Shown: in pieces, positions 14,641 through 28,389 of the stretch | Layout of the letters: each line of letters opens with the position of its first letter | Numbering within the stretch: position 1 is the stretch's first letter | NCBI GenBank assembly: GCA_951406725.2 | Contig: OX597817.1 | Location: 21,142,001 to 21,206,000 of the forward strand | Origin: Octopus vulgaris | Lineage: Eukaryota | Direction of reading: 5' to 3' | Length of the DNA: 64,000 nt | Notes under the pieces: generated by a model | The model's database searches: none | What the model was told of the DNA's origin: nothing | The model's input: the letters and a program-made list of their open reading frames with translations, nothing else | Position numbers and translations under genes: made by a program

Positions 14641-17194
14641 TAATAATAATAATAATAATAATAATAGTAATATTTTACCATGGTGGAATATACCATGGTG
14701 GAATTTACAAATGGTGAAATCTAACCTGGTGGAATTTTCCGTGGTGGATTTTTACCGCGATGGAATTTACCGGTCACGTTTTTTTGCGGTGGTGTAATTT
14801 TATAATTAAAACAAATTCAAAATTTAAATTTCAGAACATAACACTTACCAAGTTATCAGGTGTATGTACAGTCGCGGTTCAAATCGGTACAAAACCTAAA
14901 ACAAATGCGTGTGTGTCGTTAGGTCTTTAATAGCCAGAAGTGAATTTAAGTTCAATCACAGAAAAGAATTCTAAACGGCAACACACGCAATCATATACAT
15001 ACAAACATACCCAAAAATACACGCACACATACACAAATATATAACTATCAGCCACTTTTAAAAGCTAGTTTCATCCATAATTCTGACCACTATTCTTTAT
15101 ATATTTGCTCACATACACACACATTCATCTTTACGCTTTTTTTCATTACTTGTTTCTCTTTTAGTCGTCTGTCACTATTCCTCAGTTTTTTGTTTGTTTT
15201 TTTTCTTTATTTTTGCTTTGGGGGTTTTTACTTTTGCGGCACCAATTCCTCATGGTACCAGGAATTTGCTTGGTGTCGTCAATGAGGAAAAAGTGTTTGT
15301 TAAATTTATGAAAATTTGAAACAAAAAGGCATGTTTTTTCTAAACTGACTGTTACAGAGAAGATGAAAATATGGTAATACTCGCTAATTTCAAATTAAAC
15401 ATACCAAAGCAGAGCGTCCCCCAGCGTCCCACTAGTGCATCTCAAATCTCTTAACGCCGCCCTAGTGCCCCTTTCTTCCAAAACGCCCACCTCAAATGGA
15501 TTCCCCTGGGAGGCTATATGACCTACGTTGAGAACCTTTACTCTAGTGAATAGGTTGGTGTCCCTTTTCTTTATTTACTTTTAAAAAATAATTTTGTATT
15601 CGTACTTATGCAATTGGTTTTGAAAAAAAGCGCTCAGTATTTTATTTTTGTATTGGAAGACTTCTAAACAGTTTCATTTCAATTATTCGTTATTTCAGTT
15701 TTTCTGTACATGCAATAAGTAGGTTTCTATTTAAAATGCGATACTCATGTCTTTTTTTTATATTTGTTATAATAGTTTTACTTTCCAAACAAGCTCCCTA
15801 GTATCTAAAGCTGGGGTACGAGACACAATTCTGCTTTCAGTTACTATATTTATATTCAAGATTTCCCTTAATCGTTTTCATAAACATATAAAATCATTAC
15901 TTTGAGAGAGACTTTGAACCTGTACAAAGTGTGTGAGTGATTTTTCAGATTTTAAATTTTGTAAGTCTGATTCTAGAGAGCTTCTGAGTCTTATTGTCCC
16001 CCATAGGCATAGTGGCTTAGCCCCTGATCTGTAAAAGAGATTTTGTGGAAAGAAAAGCATTTCTCTATGTACAAGGACCATGCAGAACTGGTAATAATAG
16101 TTTAGTAACGTATTTCTCATAATCCTATCAGAAACGATATACACTTGCTTGTATTTGGTTGTGCGTATGGTTTAAAGAAAGAGGGAGAGAGACAGCGGGA
16201 GAAAGAGAGAGAAAGAAAGAAAAGAGAGAGAGAGAGAGAGAAAGAAAGTGAGAGAGGATAAGAGCGAGAGAGAGAGAGAGAGAGACGAGTCTAATTGTAT
16301 ATTCGTGTGTGCATCTTTAACCTAACGAGACAATCTCCTACAGAATATTTCCAGCTATTTTGATTACTCCGTTCTAAATCTCAACATGCCACTTGTTCGA
16401 GGCAATTATATAGCCTCAATAAGTTTCTCTTTGAACTGGTGTATTCTTCTTTTGCCTCTACGTCTTGCATTCGTTTACTTTTTCTTTTTCCTTTCAAACA
16501 TATGTTTCTCTGTCTTCATTGTCTTTATTAGCGCCATTATGGCTAGTAATATAGTAATAGTCTTAGTAATATTAGCCATATTATTATTCATGTTATTGGT
16601 AATATTTGTGATATTGTTAGTACTATTGCTATCAATATTTGTCTTATTACTAGAATGATAACATTGTAATTCATTCTCCACATTTATTTCTCTATATTCA
16701 TGTTTTAATTTCTGTTTATCTTCGTTCTGTCGTCGAATGTTTATTTTAGTAAATCAACTTCTCATTTAGTGGATGCAACATACTATTCAGTAAGTATGTT
16801 CTCTTAATGAGATTGTCCTTTAAGTACCTCTCATGGATTGCCAAGTCTCATTTTAATGACATCTTATACAAAATATTGTCATTAATCTCCTCTTTGTAAA
16901 CTTCAAATATAATGAATGCTTCCAAACATGAAAACCAAAGAGGAACTAAAAATACAACACACAACGTCATGAATTTGTATCATCTTTATATATTAGAAAT
17001 TATACAAGTACTTATAAGCTAAGAAATGGAAGTGTTATGGAAGATGTGTACATAAAGCTTAAAATGTTTGTAGCTTTCATTTGTGGTAAAAACTCGGAAA
17101 TTCTAATACTATATTTTAAGCTGTAATGAAGCTATACAATTAAGCTGTGATGGTGGCGGCGGGAAAATTATCTCTTTATCTTTCTATCTATTTG

Positions 17195-17253
<59 letters not shown>

Positions 17254-17298
17254 GTCTATCTATCTGTCTATCTATCTGTCTGTATGTCTATCTATTTA

Positions 17299-17322
17299 GC
17301 TGTGTGGTAAGAAGCTTGCTTC
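17299..17322 (+). mobile_element. SINE family A head remnant
   Basis: gctgtgtggtaagaagcttgcttc matches the head at 62916-62939 and the reverse complement of 5043-5066. Confidence 0.7.
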
Positions 17323-18207
17323 TTTTCCTAGGATTCATTTGGTTTGTTGGTTTTGTACGAGACCGACCTCTTTTTTGGCTGTGCGACGTTTTCCCACTTG
17401 TGATGGAGGGACGTCGAACAAGAAGTTGTGAAGGCTTGACTTGTTCTGTTTCGAGCATTGAAGACTGCTCTTCCTCGTAATATATGTCGTCAGAGGAGGA
17501 GATTGAGGAGTTCTTGGAGAATATAGACAGAGCTTTGGAAGAAAGAAGCTATGCTGTGGCGACGGAAGAAAAGTGCGAAGAAATAAGGTTGGATGACGTA
17601 AGTTTAAGGGAATGCTTGAAATGGAGGGGAACGAGCTGAATGTGTTCCCCCCAAAGACGTTTTGAATGAAGTTGCGGAAAGAACCGTAAGTTATAGAAGT
17701 TACTCAGTAGAAGCCAGAAAAGCAGAAAGTATGTTCACTGTACAAATAGAAAAGGCGTTGAGACCAATCTGGCAAGGGATTTCGTACCTCGCCAGGGGAA
17801 AGAAAATTGGAACGGAAGAGGTGCGGTTTGGAAAGGTAGCTGCTACTTGGCTGCACTCAGCAGCACAGCTGGAAACGAATGAGGTTGTTTTGCCCGTTTA
17901 CCTTGGGAGACGTGCTTCCAGGGTTAGGGTGGAGGATGCAACCCCAGAAGTCGATGTAACTTGGCTGGTGGTTGCTATACTGCTTGGAATGGAGCAAAAA
18001 AGTCGTGGTCCTGCAGGCTACCAGAACTCCCCACAGGCACTGGAAATGATAAACTTTTGTAATGGTGGTACATGTTGCCGAGGAGGACTTTGAAAATTGG
18101 TGGAAAGTATCACAGTGGGAGAGTCGACTTTAAAGGTTATAGTGGAAGGGAGGATTCCGTGTTATAAATGTGGCCTTTCAGGCCACATTAGTGCGGATTG
18201 TCCTCCA
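17323..18207 (+). pseudogene. Second Tx1/L1-type ORF1 element (ATG at 17484, frameshifted), 3' part lost
   Basis: PPKDVLNEVAERTVSYRSYS / IEKAL..GKKIGTEEVRF / LETNEVVLPVY / EGRIPCYKCGLSGHISADC (knuckle 18160-18201) aligns colinearly with the ORF1 at 4358-3534. Confidence 0.75.
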
Positions 18208-21200
18208 CCACTATTTGGACTCGACTACCACGATTAACAACAGGTAGAATCTGCTTCCAGTCGCCTTCAAAAAGAACACATACTCCTCCAAACAGGGATT
18301 CGTTCACTCTGACATCACGAAAGGAACGATTCAAGCAAGTATATGAGCTTGTCACCTTGGCTGACATCATCAACAATTATTAGACTGGTTATTCTGAAGA
18401 AATGCGCAGGTGCATCCTGAGATGACACATTTCATTAGGACTCAGATATTATGTTTATGGGCACTTTGAACCGCGAATGAAATGTCCGGTCATTGTACTG
18501 CAATGTTGCCGCAATCCCAGATAAAGCTGTGGCGAGTACGACTTTTTCTCGAAACCTAGAAAATCTATACTGGCATTGATAAAATCTGTTTTATCAGTTC
18601 CACCACTCGCACTCAAGGCGAAGACCTTGTTTACTTGTTGTTGTAAAACTGATTTTACAACTATATCAAAGTTATGCTTTTGGTGAGTATTAAATACTGA
18701 GTATTGTGGGCGTCAGTAGACACTATTCGAAGACACTCTGTGTTATAGTTACTTTATTCAGCGATAATCTTTGGCATTAGTATCTGGTTTCGTTATATTC
18801 ATGTTCAGGCAGCTGGAAATCTCGAACGAGTTCAAGTTCATCTCTTTGCATTCGCTTCTGCAGACGAATCAATATTTCATTTCCAATGCAAGTTCGGAAA
18901 CTCCTTAGTACATCGAGCTCCGCCTCTCCTAGTTTCCATACACGGATTTCGGTGGTTGATAGCACCGCATGGACCATGATCTTTAATGTTGTTTCTTTGC
19001 ATTAGGTCTTGTCCTAGTTCAGTTTTCGACTCCTCCCAAAAGTTCATTGGATCAGGTGGCCGGCAGTAACTTATCATGTTGGCTAAGAAGTCGCGCAGCG
19101 AATCCCAGAAGCGAATACAGGCTGCTTCTTCCATTGCAGGGTATATTTCTTGGTCGTCCGATATCTGTTTAGTTTTCATGCATGCCTCCTGAAATGTTCA
19201 ACCTATATTTCCCTCCCCGGTCTTCAGTTAATCACAGCTAATCACACCTTTAATACATGGTGAAGGAATATGCAAAGGTGAAACATTTTTGTTTGATGAG
19301 CACTATATGGTATGGTTGGGATTCGTCCGATAGTATCAGTTTTGACATCACCATAATCACTAGCTGTACCTCGTTTTCGCTTTTGTCACGACTTGGTTTT
19401 ATTGTTCCTGGTGTAATATTTAAGAAAATCTTGATATAAAATATGTCGGAATTTTCGTCATGTTTGTTTGTTTGAAAATAAGGTGTCAGTTTAGTTATCG
19501 GTGGTCTGCCTTCCACTGCCGCAGCGACAGAAATCGAGTCGTGCACTTTGCTCATCAGGTAAAGGACACGGTAGCTTTTCGATTGTAGGAAGCTTTTGGT
19601 GTATGAAAAATCTATACAACTTCCAGAATTCTTCACTTGCAGAGATGTATCGAACGTTTACGAAGTTTTCTATATCGTTTAATACGGGAATTTGCTGTCC
19701 TGTCTACGATGTTGAGAAGACGATTCGATCTTATCCTTTTTTAATGTAATTGTACACGTGTTTCGCTGCGTGGAGGTACTGTACGACCTCGACTTTGATG
19801 TGGGTGTTGTATTTTATTGTGAGATATGGATCATATGCCACTATCCAAGAATTGTCGACTTGTGAAAAAAATATTAAATGTAAGTAAATAGTTAGTGTAT
19901 GTCATTAAAACATTCATCAGTGTAAGTTGAAAAAAGACTCACCACAAAATCTGTCTGACCATTATCGTAAATTCTATTGGTTCTTCCACCGTATACTGGA
20001 CCTATTCTGCAATACGTCGGGTAGCAATCTCTCGATATACAGGTAGTTGACCGGAAGGGTTTCGGAAACTCCTTAGTACATTGAGCTCCGCCTCTCCTGG
20101 TTTCCATACACGGACTTCGGAGGTTGATAGCACCGCACGGACCATGAATATTACGTGCCATTAATGAATTGAATAGATCCGGGTTTCGGCATTTGTTGGA
20201 TATTTCGGCACTAACGACTTTGTCTATGATTTCTTGAACAGTCGGTTTATGACGATTAGCCAGGATAAGCAACATATATCCATGTGTAAAGCCACATTTT
20301 TTGCATTCAATAGTTGGTGTATTGGCGACGACTCTTTCCAGAATGTGATTTTTCAGTAGATCATGGAGAAGTGCGTCGAGCTTGATTTTGCCAAGGAATA
20401 TCAAATCGGTAATGTGCATTTCCCCGTGGAAAGATGGCGGTCTGTATATCTATCCATTTCGGACTTGTGGTAAATGTGATGAAGTAAACTGGCTTTCCCA
20501 TTACTCTAACTATTACCAAGGCGTTTTGGAGGGCCGGGCTGGCTGTAAAATCTTGGATTTCCGGTGATAGTAGGTGGAATAATAATTCTTCTTCCAGGTA
20601 TTTATGTATCAGTTTGGTTCACAGCATCAAGAAACCCTAGGTATTTTCCTGCTATGATTGTCGTTTGATGGAGTTCTGCCAACCTTAGCCTGCTCCGATC
20701 TACTTTCGCCTACTGATCTACAACATATTGCTGTAAAAGTCTTCTACTTTGCATAAAATCATTGTCCGATTTAGTTCTTACCTGCAGTTGGCAAGCGTAA
20801 AAAATGCATTATCTTCCACTTTTACTTACACTTGTCTTGATTTTCGGCGAGCTAGAGTGTTCCTTATTTGTCCCGAAGCTCCCACTTGATGCTTTCTCCG
20901 TGTTATTTGGTGAGCTAGCGTATCTCTGCTTTATTCCGACGCTCTTACTTCCGTAACGCGGCAAATTCTATGAGCTTCCGTATTCTTATTCTGTTGAGAT
21001 TCTCTGTATTCACTGTTAGATTGTCTAGTACATTATATAGCGGCAGCTTTCTTGATAGTCCTACCAATTCCTGATTTTCGTTTCCAGGTCATAATGACGT
21101 GGAACAAAGGAAAATTTAATAAAGTATTACACGACATTATGCATGCAATCGTTATTGACAAAGTTCATAGTAGTCATACACCGATTAATAATGAGCCAAA

Positions 21201-21511
21201 GCCATCACAATCGTTCCTTAATAAAGTATATGGCGTAATTCAGTGCAGAAGTAAGTTGATTTACTTCCCTTTGTTTCATTATTACGAGTTAACTCCCATT
21301 AATTTTTATTTATTTTGTGTACGCCCGTAGACTGAAAAAATTACGTTCAATATCCACTAAACGACCATACTTTTCTACATATTTTTTTCGCTAAAAACCT
21401 GCCTGATTACCTCCTTCGTAATCCCGAAAAACATTATGGCAATTTGTCCAGCCGTTTGACCGTCATGAAGGTACAGACAGACAGACGGACATTACACCCA
21501 TTATAGTATGA
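18208..21511 (-). mobile_element. Degenerate autonomous Helitron (Rep/Pif1 helicase), 3' end missing
   Basis: 5' end A|TC (atcatactataatggg, then a tctg repeat) at 21511. Decayed HUH motif ECKKCGFTHGYML, HGPCG, DNSWIVAYDPYL..HIKVEV near 19740-19860, and Pif1 motif FGGVCVLFEGDWKQILPVV at 18210-18300. Confidence 0.88.
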
Positions 21512-22114
21512 TATTTGTATATGTGCGTTATTGCAGTTATGTGTCTCTGTTGTGTTTCTGTGTTTGAATGCCTACTCGTTTATGCGCGTGTATACTGCAG
21601 TGGTTTTGCTCCGAGTTTCTGTTAGTGTCATAAAGAAAGAAACTCGAAAACCGTAAACTTTATTGACAATTAATATTTAAGGACGAAGTGAAATTACACT
21701 GATCGTTATCAGTAGAATCATTAGTGATGCCGTCAACAATTCTACGTAAATTTCAGAGGCTGTGCGGTACTTGTGTAAATAAAATTTTCTTCCCTTCGAA
21801 AAGCTGCTCTTTTATCTTAATTTTGAAATCAGCTTTTAAATCTTCATGTTTATATTTCTATTTATAGTAATATTTTATTGAATTATCCACAAAATGTGCT
21901 ACAAACTAAACTTCGTTACTATAATTTATCACATTGCGCCGGAAGCATTATGGCTCTTTCATGATGAAATTAAATACGATCCGATAGTACTAACCTATTT
22001 GAATCAAATGACTTCAGTACGTGATAAAACCGTACAAAGTGAGTTTCATTCAATGGTATTTTGAATTATCTACTCGTGGCTCCATATAATTATGCAAGCA
22101 TATTGGATGTACTA

Positions 22115-22485
22115 CGGCACTCCTTCGGTTGCGGCGATGAGGATTCCAGTTAATCCGATTAGGCTGCTCGTGAAATTAATGTGCAAGTGGCTGAGCACAA
22201 CACAGACACATGTACTCTTAACGTGTTTCTCCGGGAGATTCAGCGACACAAAGTGTGACAAGGCTGGACCTTTGAAATACAGGTACAACAGAAACAGGAA
22301 GAAAGAGCGAGAGAAAGTTGTGGTGAAAGAGTACAGCAGGGCTCCCCATCAACGCCTGCCGGTGCCTCGTAGAGCTTAAGGTGTTTTCGTTCAATAAACA
22401 CTCACAACGCCCGGTCTGGGAATTGAAACCACGATTCTATGACCTTGAGTCTGCTGTCCTAACCACTGGGCCATTGCGCTTTCAC
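22115..22485 (-). mobile_element. SINE family B, diverged full-length copy
   Basis: Reverse-complement similarity to 5837-6219. Confidence 0.85.
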
Positions 22486-23270
22486 ATATTATGTGTAATA
22501 TTGCATAGTTAAGTGTCAGCGTGCAACAACAATAACTGGATTAAGCAATTAGCCTTGGGCATCTCATTCTTTCTGTAAAGCATCAAACTTATACAAACAG
22601 TTTTAATTTCAATATGCCTCAATAATGACTTTTAATGAAGATTCTTATCATTTTTAAGTGAATGCCTTTTTCATTTGCCCTACTCTTTCGTATATTCGAT
22701 ATATTGAGTCAAATACGATGTTAAATATATATTACGGTTTAAGGACATATATGCTCTGCAATAAAAAAAAAATCCTACATTCGTGCATTTGATCACATTT
22801 TCTTTGTGTATTTATTATCCATGCTGTAGCCTGAGACAATATTTACTTAATTAGTGTTGAACAAGTAGTATGGATGTTTTAAATTTCCGTTGCCATAAAG
22901 AATGCTTTTATAGATATAAATGTTATTGGTACAAAATACTTGTCCATAGAAGTAGGAAGAATTGTTCAAAGATTTTGAAACGAAGAATTAAAGGAAGATC
23001 ATTATAGGAAGCGAAACTAATTTTTTTCTTGCGTAGCTCCATGTCAGATTAATCAAGCATTCTTATGATATACAAGAGACGGCAGTGATGATGTTGCCTT
23101 GCTTTAAGGCAGAATATATCTATAAATACGTTATCCGATGTTCTGATTGCTTTTGCAGGAAGTATTCTGCGAAGATTTGGGGAATATAACTTGTCTTATT
23201 AGACTTAGCGTCACACATAGGCATTTTGAATTGTACTGCTTTGCTATTATTATTATTAAGTTTTGCAAGA

Positions 23271-23480
23271 AAGACAGCGAGCTGGCACACTCCTTAGCGC
23301 TCCAGGCAAAATGTTTAACGGCATGTCGTCATCTTTACGCTCTAAGCTCAAATCCCGCCGAGGTCGACTTTGCCTTTCATCATTTTGGCGTCGATAAAAT
23401 AAGTACTGGTTGAGTACTAGGGTCGATGTAATCGACTATCCCCTCCCGCCAAATTGCTGGCATTGTGTCCATCGTCGAAA
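23271..23480 (+). mobile_element. SINE family C, diverged
   Basis: Similar to the head and central domain at 6861-7030. Confidence 0.8.
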
Positions 23481-24442
23481 TGATTCTTACTTTCCGCAAG
23501 GAGTGATGTAATATGGGGTTCCAATTTTTCTTTGTCTATGTCATTCTGCAGGTTTTAAAGTTTAAAGTTTAATCGAATGAGACATTGGTCTACCTACAAT
23601 TTTTTAGTTCAGCTTCAATGGAGAAAGAGGAAACATGTGTTTCGATGTGTTTCATCAAAAACTGCAAAGGTTAAGATTTTCACATTCTTTTCCCCAAGTT
23701 TTATTTTATGATGAGATTCTTCTAAAGTAATTCCACACTCACGAGACTTCTTCTATCAATCTTTAACATATCTCTGTGTATATGCTAGTTGGTGGATAAC
23801 TATTGATAAGTAGCAATTTTTGTATATAGTAAGCTATTATTTTATTCTTCTATTCTTTTACTTGTTTCATTCGTTTGACTGCAGCCAAGCTGGAGCAAGA
23901 GGATTGAATCCATAAGTGAGCGTCATCTAACATAATTAGCTTTACATACTTTCAGCAATATAAAAGATCTGGACAATCGGAAATATCAGTAACTTCATTT
24001 ATCATCAACTATAGTAAAATATATTACCTGGTTACAGACTTTTTTAAGCTTCTTTTTCCAGAACAATAAATACATAAATAAATAAAACAAACGACCACTC
24101 GCACACTCAGGGAAAATATTATATTGAATATGAAATGTCATGAACCGTTATTAACCTGTGATTTTAAACGAACACGAACTGTGTATCGCAGCGGGGTCTG
24201 CAAGACGAGAATATCTCAAGATAAAGATGTTAAGATGGAGGTAATTGTTTTTCAAGCAAAACCGATATTAGGTAATTCCATGAGTCATTCAAACACAAAA
24301 AAAGCTTTACTGATTGAAAGTGTACATTCGCAAAAGCATATATTTAGCTCAACGTAATACAAGTCTAAATAACGACGCGAATGTTTTGACAGGTATATCT
24401 GCAGAAAAATACGTCACACAGAGCAATGTTCCAGACTCCCCC

Positions 24443-24521
<79 letters not shown>

Positions 24522-24581
24522 ATATATAAATATAGACATATGTATATACCTACATATATATGTATATATACATGCACATAG

Positions 24582-25410
24582 GCGTACAGGACAGCATAAA
24601 ACGTTGAACACAAGAGAAACGAAAACATAAAAACAAAAACATAGGAACGAGCTTTTTTCGAAAAACGAAAAAACAAACAAACAGAGAAACTAGACATACA
24701 ACATAAAAAAATATTCCCCTTCTTCAGATGTCTCTGATTCAACTACTCCACTTTCGAAGGCAAGGAAAAGACGCGACCTCGTTGAAACTATCCTTCCCGC
24801 ACATCAAATTAAATGAAAGCGGTAACAAGGACAGGACTGAGAACAAAACAGTAAAAACCAGAACAATGAAAACAAAACTGTAAAAACAAACGTTGAGGGT
24901 CGTTAGGCCAAGACAATAGAAAACATTATTATGAAAGCTTAGGAAGACGAGCTTATGAAGGAGACATCATAAGCACGTTTAGTCTTCACGAAGGTTTTGG
25001 TGAGAGAGTTAGATTCTCTTTCGTCACGTGTCATCGACGAGATAGTCGAGGAGGAGGAGAGAGAGAGAGGGAACGGTGAAGAGGAGAGTAGAGAAATTGG
25101 GAAGGGTGGGAGAGAAAACCAAAAAGGATGAAGAACAAGAGAGGGAGAGAGATAGTCAGAGAAGAGATATTAATGGCATAAGAGTGCGCATCGTAATTAT
25201 TAAGATAAAACTTACTTGGAAAAGAATGAGTGGCGTTCGATAATATAATAATATAAATAATATATAAATATATGCATATATACATACATATATGTACATA
25301 CCTACATATATACATGCATATATGGGTACAGGACATAAAAAACGTTGAGCAGAATGAGAAACAAAAAACATATAAACGAACTTTTTTCGAACAATGAAAA
25401 AAAAACAGAA
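24582..25410 (-). mobile_element. Penelope-like non-autonomous repeat with terminal direct repeats
   Basis: 24582-24690 and 25324-25410 are ~100 bp degenerate direct repeats. A similar element lies on the + strand at ~32650-33260. Confidence 0.4.
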
Positions 25411-26370
25411 AATGTTTTCGTTCAGAAAAATTAATGGAATTTAAGAAAAAAATCAGAAAAATTCAGAAAAAATAATGGAATTTAAAGCAAAATGGACGAA
25501 TGTTTCTTTGTTTTAAGCCCTTGCATAATCCTTGAGCGGATTTACGATTAAAGTGAAGGCCAAATATTGTCGCTTAAGAAAGCATGATAAATCAGTGATC
25601 ACACATCCAAAATGACTTTTTCAAGAAACTAAGCTTTAATTGAAAAGAAATTCAGCTGCTATTTCCAGCACATCAAGGGACCACTGATAGACTTCTCAGT
25701 TGGCCCAAAGAAAGATAAATAAAAAGGAATTCATTTCAAGCTGAATATTGGAATAGATTTCCTATAATTTCCTACTAATGTATTATTTTCACTTTATTTT
25801 AGCTTTTATTTGTATCTCAGAAATCACTTTACAATTCTTCAGCATCACAATTTACGACAAAAAGTGGTCGAAACGAAACATTAACAAACAAAAGAAATGA
25901 TGAACAAAGAAAACGAACCATTTACAAGCAAATTTCTTTCCACTTACTTATCGTATTTTTCTATGTTATTTTTCTCCATCACTCTCTGTGTAACTCTTTC
26001 CGATTAGCTAAATATATAACATGTGATACAAGTATGTTTCAGCTACAGAGTAAATTTCCGAATCGCTCGATTGTTTATTCAGGAGAAAACAGCAAAAGAA
26101 AACAAATATAGACATTCTGTAGAGCAAAAGCTATTGAGAAGGTAAAGATCAATAAACATGAAATAAAATTATTCGGCAATGAAATGGTTAGTGTGTGTTT
26201 ATATACGATACGTATTATATCTGTGTGCTGTGATTACATATAGGCAATACATACAGAGTTTTAACGTTAATTGAAAGCTAAAATTGCGAAGCAAACATAA
26301 TTGATAGCTTACTTGGGCATATAGAATGTAAACACACACGCACACATGCACGCACATACACGTGTGCATG

Positions 26371-26477
<107 letters not shown>

Positions 26478-26631
26478 GCAGAGAGATGTATTCCGGTACA
26501 TGTGCTAAATCTGTAGTGATAACCTGTTATACATGAAGGCATATGCGTATATGAATTCAGATTTGCGATATACAGGACTTGAGGAAAATTCGCTCAGATA
26601 CATACATTCATACATACACACATAGACACAT

Positions 26632-26710
<79 letters not shown>

Positions 26711-26711
26711 A

Positions 26712-26751
<40 letters not shown>

Positions 26752-27874
26752 CATATATAAATATATATGCATATACATTTATATATATTTATATATGTAT
26801 ATGTATATGTATATATAAGTATACAAACGTATATCACTTAAGTCGTTAAAATGCACTGATATCGATTGTATCTTCAAAGATTTCTTGTGTTGTGGCATTG
26901 TTTTCTTTTGCCAGAATGGTCCAGTAGACTTCAAGACAGAAGAATCCGTACTTTGATGGTAGTTGGAAGCCGTGGCTCTTGATAAGAATCCCGTGATATA
27001 TATAGCTCTGAACTAAGGAAATATTCTAGAAAAAGCAAGATACGCTACAAAAAACGCCGCAAAAATGATAACACTAACAGGCATGAAATAAAAAAAAATA
27101 CGCACATAATCACATACTCACATAAACAATTGTATATTAGAGTATCATTGTTTAGGAGTGTCATAAAAAAAATGTTCCCGGACAGAAGTGATACAAAGGT
27201 CATATATATGTACGTGTGTGTGTGTATACACTGAGGGAGAGAGAAAGATAGAGAGAAAGCGAGGGAGGGGAAGAAGAAGAGATTGAGAGACAGTGAGAGT
27301 GAGAGGAGGGTATATGGAAGTACCAAAATTCTTTTTTTGAAATCACAACAATTGTTTCGATCAGTTTTTACATCTAAGTATATTCGTGAAATACTGTGTA
27401 ACCATTACCTGCACTTAATAATACATTACTTTGGTAACGCATTACTACATTAAGTGAAATGACAAGAATAACTACCGAAGCGCTTATTTAAAAAAAAAAA
27501 CCTCACCTGATCTGGTTGTGCACTTTAGATATTGAATGTAAAATAATGAATACAAAATATGTGCCTAATATATTTAAAATTCTAAAAGGTATCTAACTAA
27601 ATGTAGTGATTTTGAATTTTGAATGTCGTTAGTTTCATTCTTTATCAATTCTCTATATATATGAACTCAAGGTATACAGTCAAATTCCTGGAGTATATCT
27701 AGTGGCAGGAGAATTTCCACTGCATAGTAACATCATGTTGATAATAAATTTGAAGAAATTTGCATAGCGTTCGGCAACGTCTTCATATTTATGTGTGTGT
27801 GTGTGATTGTGCGTGCGTGTATGTGTGTGTATGTCTGTGTGCATGTGCATATGTGTGTATGTGTGTGTATGTCA

Positions 27875-28243
27875 CTGGCATGGATTTCTGGTAAGATGCT
27901 TGCCTCCCAACTACATGGTTCGGGGTTCAGTGCTACTGTGTTTCACCTTGGCCATCTGTCTTATACTATAGCCTCGGGACGACCAATGTTTTGTGAGTGG
28001 ATATGCTAGATGGAAACTGAAAGCATCTTGTCATATACATATATACATGTATATATTTGTTTGTGTCGCTCTACAACCGATGTTGATGTGTTTAGGACCC
28101 AGTGATCTAGCGGTTCGCCAAAGAGAATTGACTGAATTAGTACAAGTCTTACAAAGAAGAAGCCCTGAGTTCGATTTCTTCGAATATAAGGCAGCACTCT
28201 AGCATGGTCACAGTCATAAATGTCTGAAACAAGTAAAAGAGTA
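27875..28243 (+). mobile_element. SINE family A, diverged
   Basis: Colinear with 62903-63320. Confidence 0.85.
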
Positions 28244-28245
28244 AT

Positions 28246-28378
<133 letters not shown>

Positions 28379-28389
28379 ATATATATAAC

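Noticed and set aside
15600-16750. Possible Penelope RT/GIY-YIG remnants (also 41230-41290 and 300-560)
   Set aside because: Only faint motif echoes (e.g. EKLIEAI, KALYIKKSSP) and an inconsistent domain order; cannot be supported without a search.
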